Below, piece after piece: positions 14,107 to 25,119 of a stretch of 64,000 bases of DNA. A program made the translations under genes and the position numbers. The DNA comes from Eledone cirrhosa (Eukaryota): positions 96,224,001-96,288,000 of the forward strand of contig OZ024744.1 of assembly GCA_964016885.1 (NCBI GenBank), given 5' to 3'. The notes under the pieces were generated by a model. That model did not search any database and had not been told where the DNA came from. It was given only the letters and a program-made list of their open reading frames with translations. The first letter of the stretch is position 1, and every line of letters begins with the position of its first letter.

Positions 14107-14634
14107 TATGTATACGTACATATATATATGTATACAGACGTATATACATACATACATGCACAGATATATATATGTACGTATGGGTTTACCGAACATTTAT
14201 TATAATGCTCAGTTCGTTTGTAAACAAACAGCCCGAATTAATTTCATTTCATTTTTTCCATTTATTGTTTTCGGCACGTACGGCCGACTAACTTACTCGA
14301 TATGTAAATTAGGCTGCTCAGCCGTTAATATGCATAAGGAAAGTATATACTTTCAAACGTTTAATCAACTGACAGGAAGGTATACGGTCCTGATGACAGC
14401 TAATAAGCTTGAAACTAGTTCATCGTTCCTTTTTCAGTGTTGAACAAAAGGGCAACGATGGTTGCCGAACACTGTACGGCTTAATTCGGGCTGTTTGTTT
14501 ACAAACTAACCGAATATTGTAATAAATGTTCGGTAAACCCATACGTACATATATATATATGTGTGCATGTATGTATATATATATATACTACTGTACGTCT
14601 GTATACATATATGCATGTACGTATACATACTTAT
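14101..14634. mobile_element. Fold-back PLE remnant with internal hammerhead
   Basis: ~14101-14241 is inverted relative to ~14481-14634. HHR-like acggtc CTGATGA cagctaataagctt GAAA ctag TT catcgt lies at 14384-14426. Confidence 0.65.
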
Positions 14635-14802
14635 ATTTAAGTATCAGCTGTACTAAGAATGAGAAATGAAATTTCATTTTTTCCATATATATATATATAT
14701 ATAATACAATATGTTGAAAAGGTAACACACTAGAGAGAGATATATACACGATAATTAAAAATATAAATTAAAGCGTAAATAAATACCTCTATAACTATAT
14801 AA

Positions 14803-14883
14803 CACACGTACAAATCCAAAGTGATCTTATTTCGCCAGTAAGTTGTTGACAGAAATGAAATAACCCTGGTTCATCAGCGTCTG
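14803..14883 (-). ncRNA. Type I hammerhead (inverted copy)
   Basis: Reverse complement of the 15038 HHR with a few substitutions. Confidence 0.65.
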
Positions 14884-15037
14884 TAAGGCTATACATTTCA
14901 GACAACACTAAGAGAATTTTTAAAGCGACCGTCCAGCTACATGTGGGAGAGAGAAGTCACAGCGTATTTAAGGGCAGTGAACCAAAGTGATCTGTTTCGC
15001 CAGTAAGTTGTTGACAAAAATGAAATGTATAGCCTTA

Positions 15038-15116
15038 CACACGCTGATGAACCGGGTCATTTCATGTCTGTCAACAGCTTACTGGCGAAACAGATCACTT
15101 TGGATTTGTACGTGTG
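15038..15116 (+). ncRNA. Type I hammerhead ribozyme with full stem III
   Basis: cacacg CTGATGA accgg...ctggc GAAA cagatc acttt g gatttg TA cgtgtg. Predicted cleavage after GUA at 15110. Confidence 0.85.
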
Positions 15117-15534
15117 TTATATAGTTATAGGGGTATTTATTTACCCTTTAATTTATATTTTTAATTATCGTGTGTATACTCTGCCTTTCATAGGTTATAG
15201 ATTCCATACACTGGTGGTTTTTCCCTGTTTTATTGATAGCGCACTGTATCTCTCTCTAGTGTGTTACCTTTTCAACATATTGTATTTTAAAGAGCTCAGG
15301 ATTTCCTCTCCTTTGAGCATATTATTTACAGGGAATGACGAGAGTCTATGGCTCCGTTAATGTATCGTGATATTTCGCTCCTTATAACAGTCGTTCCTCT
15401 CTCTGTGTTTGGTTGAGCACACTTCTCTGAGTGGTTTTGGGCTGCCCTTTCTAGCAGCTCGGCCCTCAGAGGCCACTGGTTCACTGCCCTTAAACACGCT
15501 GTGACTTCTCTCTCCCACGTGTAGCTAGACGGTC

Positions 15535-17882
15535 TATAACAGAGTCTGGGTTGTATGAATATAACAAGACACTCGGTTGTATGTACAATGTTTATTTAAC
15601 AAGGTTCAGTTATGTAGAGCAGAATAGTTGACATGCCAAGAGAGATGAAAGAATGAATTAAAGTTATTTGTTACCCTTTTTGAAGTCATCTCGCAAGAGA
15701 CCAAGTGGTCTTTACATTACCATGTTCAGGTTGCCAGAGAATATAGCCTCGGCGAACGCACCTGGCCGAAGAGCCAGGCAGGTTAAAAGACAGGGAGAGA
15801 GCTGAAAGCTCTCTCCTTTATAGGGTCCCAGGACTAAGTGACAAAGAAGGTTCTGCCACCTCAACGGGAAGTAACTCCAGCTACTTCCTGTCTAGAGAGC
15901 ACTACTGGTGATAAGGGAGGCAACTGTTGCTACATTATCTCCCGCCAGATTTTTAAAACATAAAAATCGAATAAACCATGTATGAAGTATGATGGCGAGC
16001 ATGTAACACCAAAGTCCAGGCATGAGAATTACAAAAAAATAATGTTTGCAATAAAAGGAAAACAGCAAAATATAACCATGCAAAAATCAATGATAGATAT
16101 CAAGGTAGCCAACCGCTCTTGGCCAGAGAACGACTGGACATCTATCTATCTATCACTCAAAGATACAATGTAATCAATCTAAAAGAAGAGGTCAAAGGAG
16201 CAAAGAAACGTGCTCGAACATAGTTATTAAAAAAAAAGGTTCAAATGTTCAAAATACATTTCACAGATGACAGCAGGAAAGAAAGTGTGCCCTCAAGAGA
16301 ATATATGCAGGTGGTTTCTGGACTGTGGCACAACGTGAAATTCCCAACCTCCGAAGGGATTTTCTCACAGGAAGAGCGCTGAAAAAATAAATTCTGTTTT
16401 GTTCTGCTGGTTTTGGTTGTTGATAAAGCAAAGTTGAAGCTGTGTTGTTGTTGTTGATGTTGTCTCGCAGAGATCAGAATTGGTGATCACGTCGGGGTCA
16501 CCAATTATAACAGAGTCTGGGTTGTATGAATATAACAAGACACTCGGTTGTATGTACAATGTTTATTTAACAAGGTTGAGTTATGTGTAGAGCAGAATGG
16601 TTGACATGCCAAGAGAGATGAAAGAATGAATTAAAGTTATTTGTTACCCTTTTTGAAGTCATCTCGCAAGAGACCAAGTGGTCTTTACATTACCATGTTC
16701 AGGTTGCCAGAGAATATAGCCTCGGCGAACGCACCTGGCCGAAGAGCCAGGCAGGTTAAAAGACAGGGAGAGAGCTGAAAGCTCTCTCCTTTATAGGGTC
16801 CCAGGACTAAGTGACAAAGAAGGTTCTGCCACCTCAACGGGAAGTAACTCCAGCTACTTCCTGTCTAGAGAGCACTACTGGTGATAAGGGAGGCAACTGT
16901 TGCTACATTATCTCCCGCCAGATTTTTAAAACATAAAAATCGAATAAACCATGTATGAAGTATGATGGCGAGCATGTAACACCAAAGTCCAGGCATGAGA
17001 ATTACAAAAAAATAATGTTTGCAATAAAAGGAAAACAGCAAAATATAACCATGCAAAAATCAATGATAGATATCAAGGTAGCCAACCGCTCTTGGCCAGA
17101 GAACGACTGGACATCTATCTATCTATCACTCAAAGATACAATGTAATCAATCTAAAAGAAGAGGTCAAAGGAGCAAAGAAACGTGCTCGAACATAGTTAT
17201 TAAAAAAAAAGGTTCAAATGTTCAAAATACATTTCACAGATGACAGCAGGAAAGAAAGTGTGCCCTCAAGAGAATATATGCAGGTGGTTTCTGGACTGTG
17301 GCACAACGTGAAATTCCCAACCTCCGAAGGGATTTTCTCACAGGAAGAGCGCTGAAAAAATAAATTCTGTTTTGTTCTGCTGGTTTTGGTTGTTGATAAA
17401 GCAAAGTTGAAGCTGTGTTGTTGTTGTTGATGTTGTCTCGCAGAGATCAGAATTGGTGATCACGTCGGGGTCACCAATTATAACAGAGTCTGGGTTGTAT
17501 GAATATAACAAGACACTCGGTTGTATGTACAATGTTTATTTAACAAGGTTGAGTTATGTGTAGAGCAGAATGGTTGACATTCCAAGAGAGATGAAAGAAT
17601 GAATTAAAGTTATTTGTTTACCATTTTTGAAGTCATCTCGCAAGAGACCAAGTGGTCTTTACATTACCATGTTCAGGTTGCCAGAGAATATAGCCTCGGC
17701 GAATGCGCCTGGCCGAAGAGCCAGGCAGGTTAAAAGACAGGTAGAGAGCTGAAATCTCTCTCCTTTATAGGGTCCCAGGACGGAAGTGACAAAGAAGGTT
17801 CTGCCACCTCAACGGGAAGTAACTCCAGCTACTTCCTGTCTAGAGAGCGCTACTGGTGATAAGGGAGGCAACTGTTGCTACA
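15535..17882 (-). mobile_element. Tandem-array TRIM / non-autonomous LTR retrotransposon (LTR-int-LTR-int-LTR)
   Basis: LTRs ~400 bp at 15535-15934, 16506-16907 and 17479-17882 (TGTAGC...GTTATA on -). Non-coding internals are ~570 bp, with a PBS after the LTR and polypurine GGCGGGAGATAA before the next LTR. Confidence 0.85.
16486..16503 (-). promoter_or_regulatory. Primer-binding site complementary to tRNA-Trp 3' end (second copy 17459-17476)
   Basis: TGGTGACCCCGACGTGAT lies 2 nt after the LTR and complements ...AUCACGUCGGGGUCACCA of animal tRNA-Trp. Confidence 0.85.
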
Positions 17883-17928
17883 GTCGCTTTAAAAATTCTC
17901 TTATTGTTGTCTGAAATGTATAGCCTTA

Positions 17929-18007
17929 CACACGCTGATGAACCAGGGTATTTGATTTTTGTCAACAACTTACTGGCGAAACAGATCACTTTGGATTTGT
18001 ACGTGTG
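17929..18007 (+). ncRNA. Type I hammerhead ribozyme (second direct copy)
   Basis: cacacg CTGATGA accag...ctggc GAAA cagatc..gatttg TA cgtgtg. Confidence 0.85.
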
Positions 18008-18297
18008 TTATATAGTTATAGAGGTATTTATTTACGCTTTAATTTATATTTTTAATTATCGTGTGTATACTCTGCCTTTCATAGGTTATAGATTCCATAC
18101 ACTGGTGGTTTTTCCCTGTTTTATTGATAGCGCACTGCATCTCTCTCTAGTGTGTTACCTTTTCAACATATTGTATTTTAAAGAGCTCAGGATTTCCTCT
18201 CCTTTGAGCATATTATTTACAGGGAATAACGAGAGTCTATGGCTCCGTTAATGTATCGTGATATATATATATATAAATACTTATATATATAAATACC

Positions 18298-18430
<133 letters not shown>

Positions 18431-18499
18431 ATATATCTATATCTATATATCTCTCTCTATATATATATGTATTTATAAAGAGACACACACAGACATAAC

Positions 18500-18950
18500 A
18501 ATTTTAGCCATGGCTTTGCCACCGTTTTTTTCCAGCACAGTGTCAACATGTCCCTCTTTCGATATTATGACCAATGTGTTTAAAATCTTTCGAGGCCTGC
18601 TGGCTCTAGCTGTGATAGAAAGCCAAATGCGTCCAGGCTCCTTCTCAATATGTCATTTCAGAGCGGCTTGTCGGAGGAACCGGCCTACACTCTGGCGGAA
18701 AGACAGTGGGTGCAGGCCGAACTTGTCACCTTAGGAAGGATCCTGTGAGGTGGGATGCCTGTTGCAGCGGATGTAGCTGGTCAATGTCTACGTGAGTGCT
18801 TTTGCGGTCTTGTCCGCGCTCGCTCTAGGCCTAGAGGCTATCACCCTTCTCCTCCCCGTTTCCATTCTTCTGTGATCCTACAGCCCTTGCCTTTCTCTTC
18901 CTTTTCTGTTTTCATAATCACAAAAGACACTTTTTACAATAAAATATTCA
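18500..18950 (+). mobile_element. CRE-clade non-LTR retrotransposon 3' fragment
   Basis: A frame at ~18749 reads VGCLLQRM*LVNVYVSAFAVLSA, homologous to the CRE C-terminal LxQRxSxAxxRGN motif. A pyrimidine-rich 3' UTR follows. The 5' boundary is uncertain. Confidence 0.5.
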
Positions 18951-19091
18951 TTAACTGTTTTCAGGCTAATGCCGCCAATTCTGATATTTTTTGTGGTGTT
19001 GATATAGAGCTTGGTTGGAATATAGCAATTTTGTTTTTGTTACTTTGATATTTATATCGAGATCAAATTTCATTTTTACTTACAAATTAAG

Positions 19092-19311
19092 GACAGTGGA
19101 TTGTCAGTATCGGTAGAGGGTCGGACACCATGCTTTGCAGCATAGAATTACGGACCTTTACGGTTTGAGTTCAAATCCCGCCGAGGTTAACTTTGCCTTT
19201 TATCCTTACGGGGTCGATAAAATAAAGTACCATTAATGTACTGGGGTCGATTTAATCGACTTTCCCCTCCCCCCAAAATTTCAGGCCTTGTGCCTACATA
19301 AGAAACCATTT
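19092..19311 (+). mobile_element. tRNA-derived Nin-domain SINE (long form)
   Basis: A-box-like tgtcagtatcgg, B box GAGTTCAAATCC, gccttttatccttacggggtcgataaaataaagtacc, gtcgatttaatcgac hairpin and ccttgtgcc tail. Confidence 0.85.
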
Positions 19312-19319
19312 TTACTTAC

Positions 19320-19700
19320 AAATAAATATATTTTATTGCTATAGAGGTTAATGAAAATATAGATGAAATAGTTAAATGACATTAGAAATGGGGAACGAGT
19401 AAAGTAGGGCAGATTTGACTGTGAGGGTAAGTAGAGGAAAGGACTATAAAATCCATATATGAGAGGAAAAGGTTTGAAAAAAATGGACTCTAGGGCCACT
19501 GAAGAAAACAGGGGGATGGAATCTGTGCCTCGGGTGCGGTGGTTTTGTTGCTGAGCTTCGCGGACAAAACTGCGAAAACATTTCCGCGAATAATGGCTAG
19601 TGATACCCGCTGCAACAGCTACCCCACCTCGCGTGGATCCTTCCTCAGACGGGCTGCTGATATTCGATGTAATGGAGGACACATCCTTAACCCTCTGTAT
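19320..19700 (-). mobile_element. CRE-clade non-LTR retrotransposon 3' fragment
   Basis: Minus frame RKDPREVG*LLQRVSLAIIRGNVFAVLSA at ~19560-19655. Confidence 0.6.
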
Positions 19701-21964
19701 GTCTTTTGGTATATGAGTCAGTGGTTTGAGTGCTGTCATCTGAATACAGTAGTTTATTTTTGTTTTTATGGTTTTCATTTTTTCTCTCTAAAATCGATGA
19801 CATTGAAGAGATCTGTAGTTTGATGGGACTGTATATGTATATAGACTCCTACCTCAAGATAAAGAAAATGTCTATTACACTACACTTCAGACGATTCATA
19901 ACGGTTTGTCAGAGTGTGTCGTATGGTCATTAGTCAAATTGAGGATATATGGTGTAACAGGGAAGAGTGAACTGTAGGTCATTCCTGATATTTCTTCCGA
20001 TTGCTTGCATGCCACAGGACTGCTAAATAAGGGTTGATCCAGGTTCACACACCAACAGCATCAACAACAGAAAACAGATCTAAACAAAGAAAACACACAT
20101 TGATATTCTGATAAGAAAATGTTGACATCCTACATGCCTCTCAGAGTGGTTCGGTTCCTCATGGTATCAGTACAACCATGCTTGTAAAGTTTATCATAAA
20201 CTAGCAACCCCGACTTACTGTAGCACTGTTATGTCAAAGACCTCGTTGAGAAATTATCTATAATACTTCAACTGAAAGTTCTCCAGAAGAGGTTACTCAG
20301 ATCGTTCTCGTCATCGCCCCCCATAACACCATCGTTTATATCTTCTGGTAGCACTCTATAAAATCGAGGTTGATTTTCTACTGACTAAATATCCAATCTC
20401 AGCCTGAGTTTCACCCAGGACCACTGTAGTTCAATGAAGGAGGTAAGTTGCGAGAAAGCGTGGTGTACGAACGACGATCACATTTTTTCACCGTTGTTGT
20501 TTCCACGGAATCTCTGAAGATATACAAACCACAGTGCATGCCTGCCTGCATATCACTAGGGAAAGCATGCTGAGACATTCTTGTAATGAATGTGTGCAGC
20601 AGAGTGATCTTCTGGTCTGTCACTTTCACAAGAATCCAAAGAAAATAGTTCCAATTTCGCCAGTTTTTTCTTGGGACAATGCACGGCAGTCAGGTGGCAG
20701 TACATCAACGAAACAATATATATTATACGTTAACTTCTTCAACTTGAACTGCTACAGAACTATGTTGGAATATGACTTTTACAAAATCGACAACATCAGC
20801 AAAAATAATAATATTTTTATTTGCTCTAAGGGACATTATAAGGAAGAATTACAAAAATGATTGGTTTCGGCTTTACAAACGAATATGAAAAATTGCATGT
20901 AAAACAGCGTTAAAAAGCAAACAACCAAAGGATATTATTCCAACAAGACGTCAGCCATCTTGGGCTAAGCAAGGAATCCGACATAACTATCAGAGTGCCC
21001 TGTTTACCAAAAGCTTCCGGCTGATTCAAATTGATCAGTTCGGTGCCTCTTTGAAGCCAATTTTACTGTCCATTTGTCCCAGATCACGCATATCTGCGTT
21101 TTCCTGGTCATACTACTGATAAACATCAACAACCACTTTAATAGTATCTTGGCTAAAATAAGCATTCAACAATGTTATGGATATGAAATCTTAACTATAA
21201 TAAAGAAAGGAGTGCGGGACTGCAATATATTTTTTTATCCTATATTTTTTGTAAAATAACTTGGATTACTTTGAATAAATAATGAATAAATATTACATAA
21301 TTTATCTGCTAAATTTCTTAGCTTTTGATTAAATATATTTTATTGCTTATTTAAAGATTCACTTCTTTAAAATTTTCAAATGTCAACACTTCCGGCTAGC
21401 GATCACTTAAATAAACATTCATATATTTCCGTCACTAATTTTCTCCTAATGCAGTTTATATATAATATCGTCTTTTTTTAATGTATCATGGATTACTTTA
21501 CTGATTACATAAGACAGTGTAACGCAGTCTTTGTTCAATTTCTGTGTATATTGTCAATTACGATTTTATTTGATGTATCATATCTACATACATGTATACT
21601 TGTGTATGCACACTACACATGCTAGCAGAAAACCACGCCTTCACTGCTTGCAACTTTCCTTATAAATGCTACACCATCCCGCTCACAGAACAGAGAATTG
21701 TTCCGTATAATTGTTGTAGACATTTTCCAAGATGTCGGCGAAAAAAGAAATTAACATTTATACGTAAAACATGTTGCACCGATGACCTAAAAACAGTTAT
21801 TTTTCACATTCATATTGTACAATCCCTTCGTGCCAATGACATTTCATCTGTTGTTATCGGGTTTTCGAGGCCACAAGCCGCAACAATCGTCGAGATAAAC
21901 GTTGAAGTTCATTAACAAGTTGGTTAATGGATTTGTTCCGAATCATTGAGCAAATTGCCACTGG

Positions 21965-22420
21965 AAAGTTCCATAAACATCTGCTTCTTTTTGTTTTTCA
22001 TTGAAGAAATGGTCAAGGACCATTCACACTGCTATCATGTCAGTCTCAATGCCTCCTTTCTTAATCGCCTCTTCTAATTTACTCACTAACTCTTGTCTAA
22101 TCTATTTTCCTTTATTGCTACTTCTGTGCTAAATCCTATCGAGTCTACTCTTTTAACCCCCTTGAAAACGTTTTTGTTGTTGATAATTGCCTCTGTCAAC
22201 TTCCGCCTCCCTAATACTCTAATCCGGTCGCTGTAGGCTTTCAGCAATGGCAACAGTGTGCTCAACTTCCTGTCACTAGAGTTTTGTTTCTGCTTTCTAT
22301 CTGAGACCACCACACAGATAATAAATTTGTGACCTGTGTAGCCGACCTGTCGAAATTCTAGACATCTTACTCTACCAACATCCACTAGTCTAACAAGTAC
22401 TCTATCTAGATACGATCCAG
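21965..22420 (-). pseudogene. Old Tx1/L1-like ORF2 fragment (end of APE domain)
   Basis: SYLDRV...GYTGHKFIIC and SKLEEAIKKG..LDHFFNEK align to ORF2 at 30098-33517. Confidence 0.7.
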
Positions 22421-22569
22421 ATTACCCGATGTCGTAACTGGTGCTTTCGAAAAATCCAGTCGGTACATTTTAGAGAGTTGTTAGTATTGGAATAGGTTTG
22501 CGAGGCTTTTGCATTATCCTGTCGTATCAAGTAAAAGATAAAATGTTAAAGTCTGTCTCAAGTCCTGAG

Positions 22570-22744
22570 GCTCCTCAAACCAGAGCTTATCACAGTTTCA
22601 TAAACGTTAAGCTACTGAGAATACAAGAACCTACAACCCCCTACCTTGTACAGGGTACCAGTTCATCGCAGGGTTAACCTTCAGTCACTGCTGGCTTTCA
22701 TTTTCAGATGAGTTGACTGGAGTAACGGGAAATGAAGTATTCTG

Positions 22745-22745
<1 letters not shown>
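22570..22745 (-). mobile_element. Degenerate second SINE-like fragment
   Basis: ccagagcttat..cagttt..ccagttcatcgcagggttaac..gagttgactggag resembles metazoan SINE central domains. Weak support. Confidence 0.35.
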
Positions 22746-22779
<34 letters not shown>

Positions 22780-22788
22780 AATAACAAT

Positions 22789-22982
22789 AATTTCTTTATT
22801 GATCACAAGATCGAAAAAAAGGCAATACAAAATCAGGGACAGTGGGGTTTAAAAAAAGTATTTGGGCGCGGGGTGTGGCAGCACTCCTCTCTCCCCCTCA
22901 CTTTCCTTTCCAAGTGAAACTTGAAAAAGTTGATGAGGGATTGGCCGAAGAGAAAAGTGTCTGTCTTTAGTCCTTCATTGTG
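22789..22982 (-). mobile_element. Tx1-like 3'-end fragment
   Basis: GLKTDTFLFGQSLINFFKFHLERKVR matches the ORF2 C-terminus. Tail cttgtgatcaataaagaaattatt. Confidence 0.8.
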
Positions 22983-24842
22983 TTCTAAAAGCGACCAAGA
23001 GTTAGAAGGACTTTTTACAACTGTGAAGCAATTTAGTAATAACAATGGCATGCAATTTGGCCTTTACAAATATGCCAAAGAAACATTTAAAAGAGGAAAG
23101 CTAACAGAAACATCATTTGTTAAATCCGATATAGATACAACCATACCAGATTTAGACCCAGAAGGTATCTATAAATATCTTGGCATAAACAAAGGTGATG
23201 GAATTAAACATAATCAAATGAAGGAGAAAATAGGGAAAGAATATTACAGAAGAGTAAGGCAGATTCTGAAAACTGAACTAAATTCTGAAAACTGTTTCCA
23301 GGCTATAAACAACTTAGCTGTAGCAGTAGTACAATACTGTAATAACATCATCAACTGGAACTTATCTGATCTTCAAAGAATGGACACAAAACCTCGGAAA
23401 CTCCCTACAGCTAACAAAATATATCACACCAAAGCACACTCTATTCCAAGACAAGAAGGGGGAAGGGGGTTAATCCAAATGTAACTGTCATACAAACACA
23501 GCTACAATAGGTTTACAAACGTACCAATAGAACACCAATGACTGTTGATGATGGTGTTAGTAAGAGAACACGAAAACTAAAAGAAACACCATTCAGTACT
23601 CAAAGAGGCAGAAAAGTGGAGGAAAACTAAACAAAAAAAAAAAAAACAACAAAAAAACTGAAGACATACACCTAAATAATGAAGCTGAGCTAATTCCAAC
23701 TGGGGCAGCAAAAATCCACAGACGCAAATCAAAGATAGAAGGTCTAAAAATATTTAGAGATGACAAAAACCTCTGCACGGCCAATTCCAACTTCGCACGC
23801 AAGATGCTGATGTAGATCAAGCACAAACCCAGCAGTAGCCACGAAGTTTGGGATTGAAAGCTGAAACAGAAGGCTTTATTTTTGTTGCCCAGAACCAGAG
23901 CCTCTTTTCTAGGAATAAAGAAACCAATATTCTCAGAAATAGAGCAGACTCCAAATGCAGGATATGTGATGTACAGCTTGAAACAATTGACCATGTAATA
24001 TCAGGATGTCCCACTCTAGCACCAACTGAATATAAGATTAGACATGATGAGGTGAAGCAATATATCCACTGGATAATATACCAAAAATGCAATGCAGTAA
24101 CTGAAACTGAAGGAGCAACAATCCTTTGAGACTTTACCATTCGCACAGATCGCACTATTGATGCAAACCTCCCTGATATTATTATTAAAGATTAAAAAAA
24201 AAAACAAGACCTGTTTACTCATTGACCTGACTGTATCGTCTGATAGAAATATGTCAGCAAAAGAGTATGAGAAACTTGCTAAATATAAAGATCAAGAAAT
24301 TGAGATAAACAGAATATTTAAAATAAACTATTCCGGTAGAGATAGGAGTTTTAGGTGTCATAACGAAAGGTGTTCAAAAGTTTCTAGAAAACATACCTGG
24401 TACACCTAGAATCTATGAAATCCAAAAGATAGTTCTAACATGTATCGCCCACATACTTTGTAAAGTACTCTCTCTGTAATATATGTCAACACAATCTTTT
24501 CTGTTTAATTTTTAGAGCAAATTTAATTAATATTTAAAACCATTCAAATATCCTTAATGCAAAATTATTTCTCATCTTTTCTATTCCTTAATACTTCTTT
24601 TTATCTCACCCTACTCCTACCTTTTTATATTTTCTCTTTTTTTTTTAAACGTATTTACTTATCAACTTTTGTGATGTGATTTGTTAAGTAAATGTGAGGA
24701 CGTAATAAAAAAGAGGGAAAAAAGGGGAAAATGGGAAGGTGAAAAAAGCTAATGAAGCTATCAAAACCAACGATACTTGCCCTAAATATCTGGTTGATAT
24801 TCGGTAGTCATTGCACAGAAGGCGAAATCAAAGGAAAATATA
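22983..24842 (+). mobile_element. 5'-truncated degenerate R4/Dong-like LINE
   Basis: YKYLGI, EGGRGLIQ, GLKAETEG, CRIC..HVISGC, RHD and PDII motifs. Ends in aataataat. Confidence 0.85.
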
Positions 24843-24995
24843 ATGGCACAAGGCCAGCAATTTTGGGCGAGGGGAAGGTCGATTATATCGACCCCAGTGC
24901 GTAGACAGGTACTTTATTTTATCGACATGAAAGGCAGAATTAACACCGGCGGGATTTGAACTCAGACCGTGCAAAGAATGGCGTCCGACCCTCTA
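24843..24995 (-). mobile_element. SINE (long form, degenerate)
   Basis: ggcacaaggccagc..., ggcgggatttgaactcag (B box on -). Confidence 0.8.
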
Positions 24996-25119
24996 GTTAT
25001 GTTATCACGATAAAAACACTGGTAGTTGCGCAACCTAATAATCACTACTTCATATGTTAAATTAAAAATGTTCTACCCCATATGTGTGATTATGGTAAAT
25101 CAAAAAAGCATTTGAGAAC

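Larger units (their letters stand above)
14702..18259 (+). mobile_element. Non-coding HHR-bearing repeat (retrozyme/pLTR-like): inverted 5' copy + partial tandem of ~540-nt unit
   Basis: 15025-15370 is repeated at 17916-18259, and 14702-15024 holds inverted copies. Flanked by (TA)n and interrupted by the TRIM. Confidence 0.75.

Noticed and set aside
16486-16503. tRNA-Trp-like sequence as a tRNA gene
   Set aside because: Only the 3' 18 nt including CCA are present, next to an LTR, so it is a PBS.
20940-21780. CAAGATGGC / CAAGATGTCGGCG start-like motifs suggesting a divergent host promoter
   Set aside because: No supportable exon or ORF follows, so this cannot be told from chance without transcript data.
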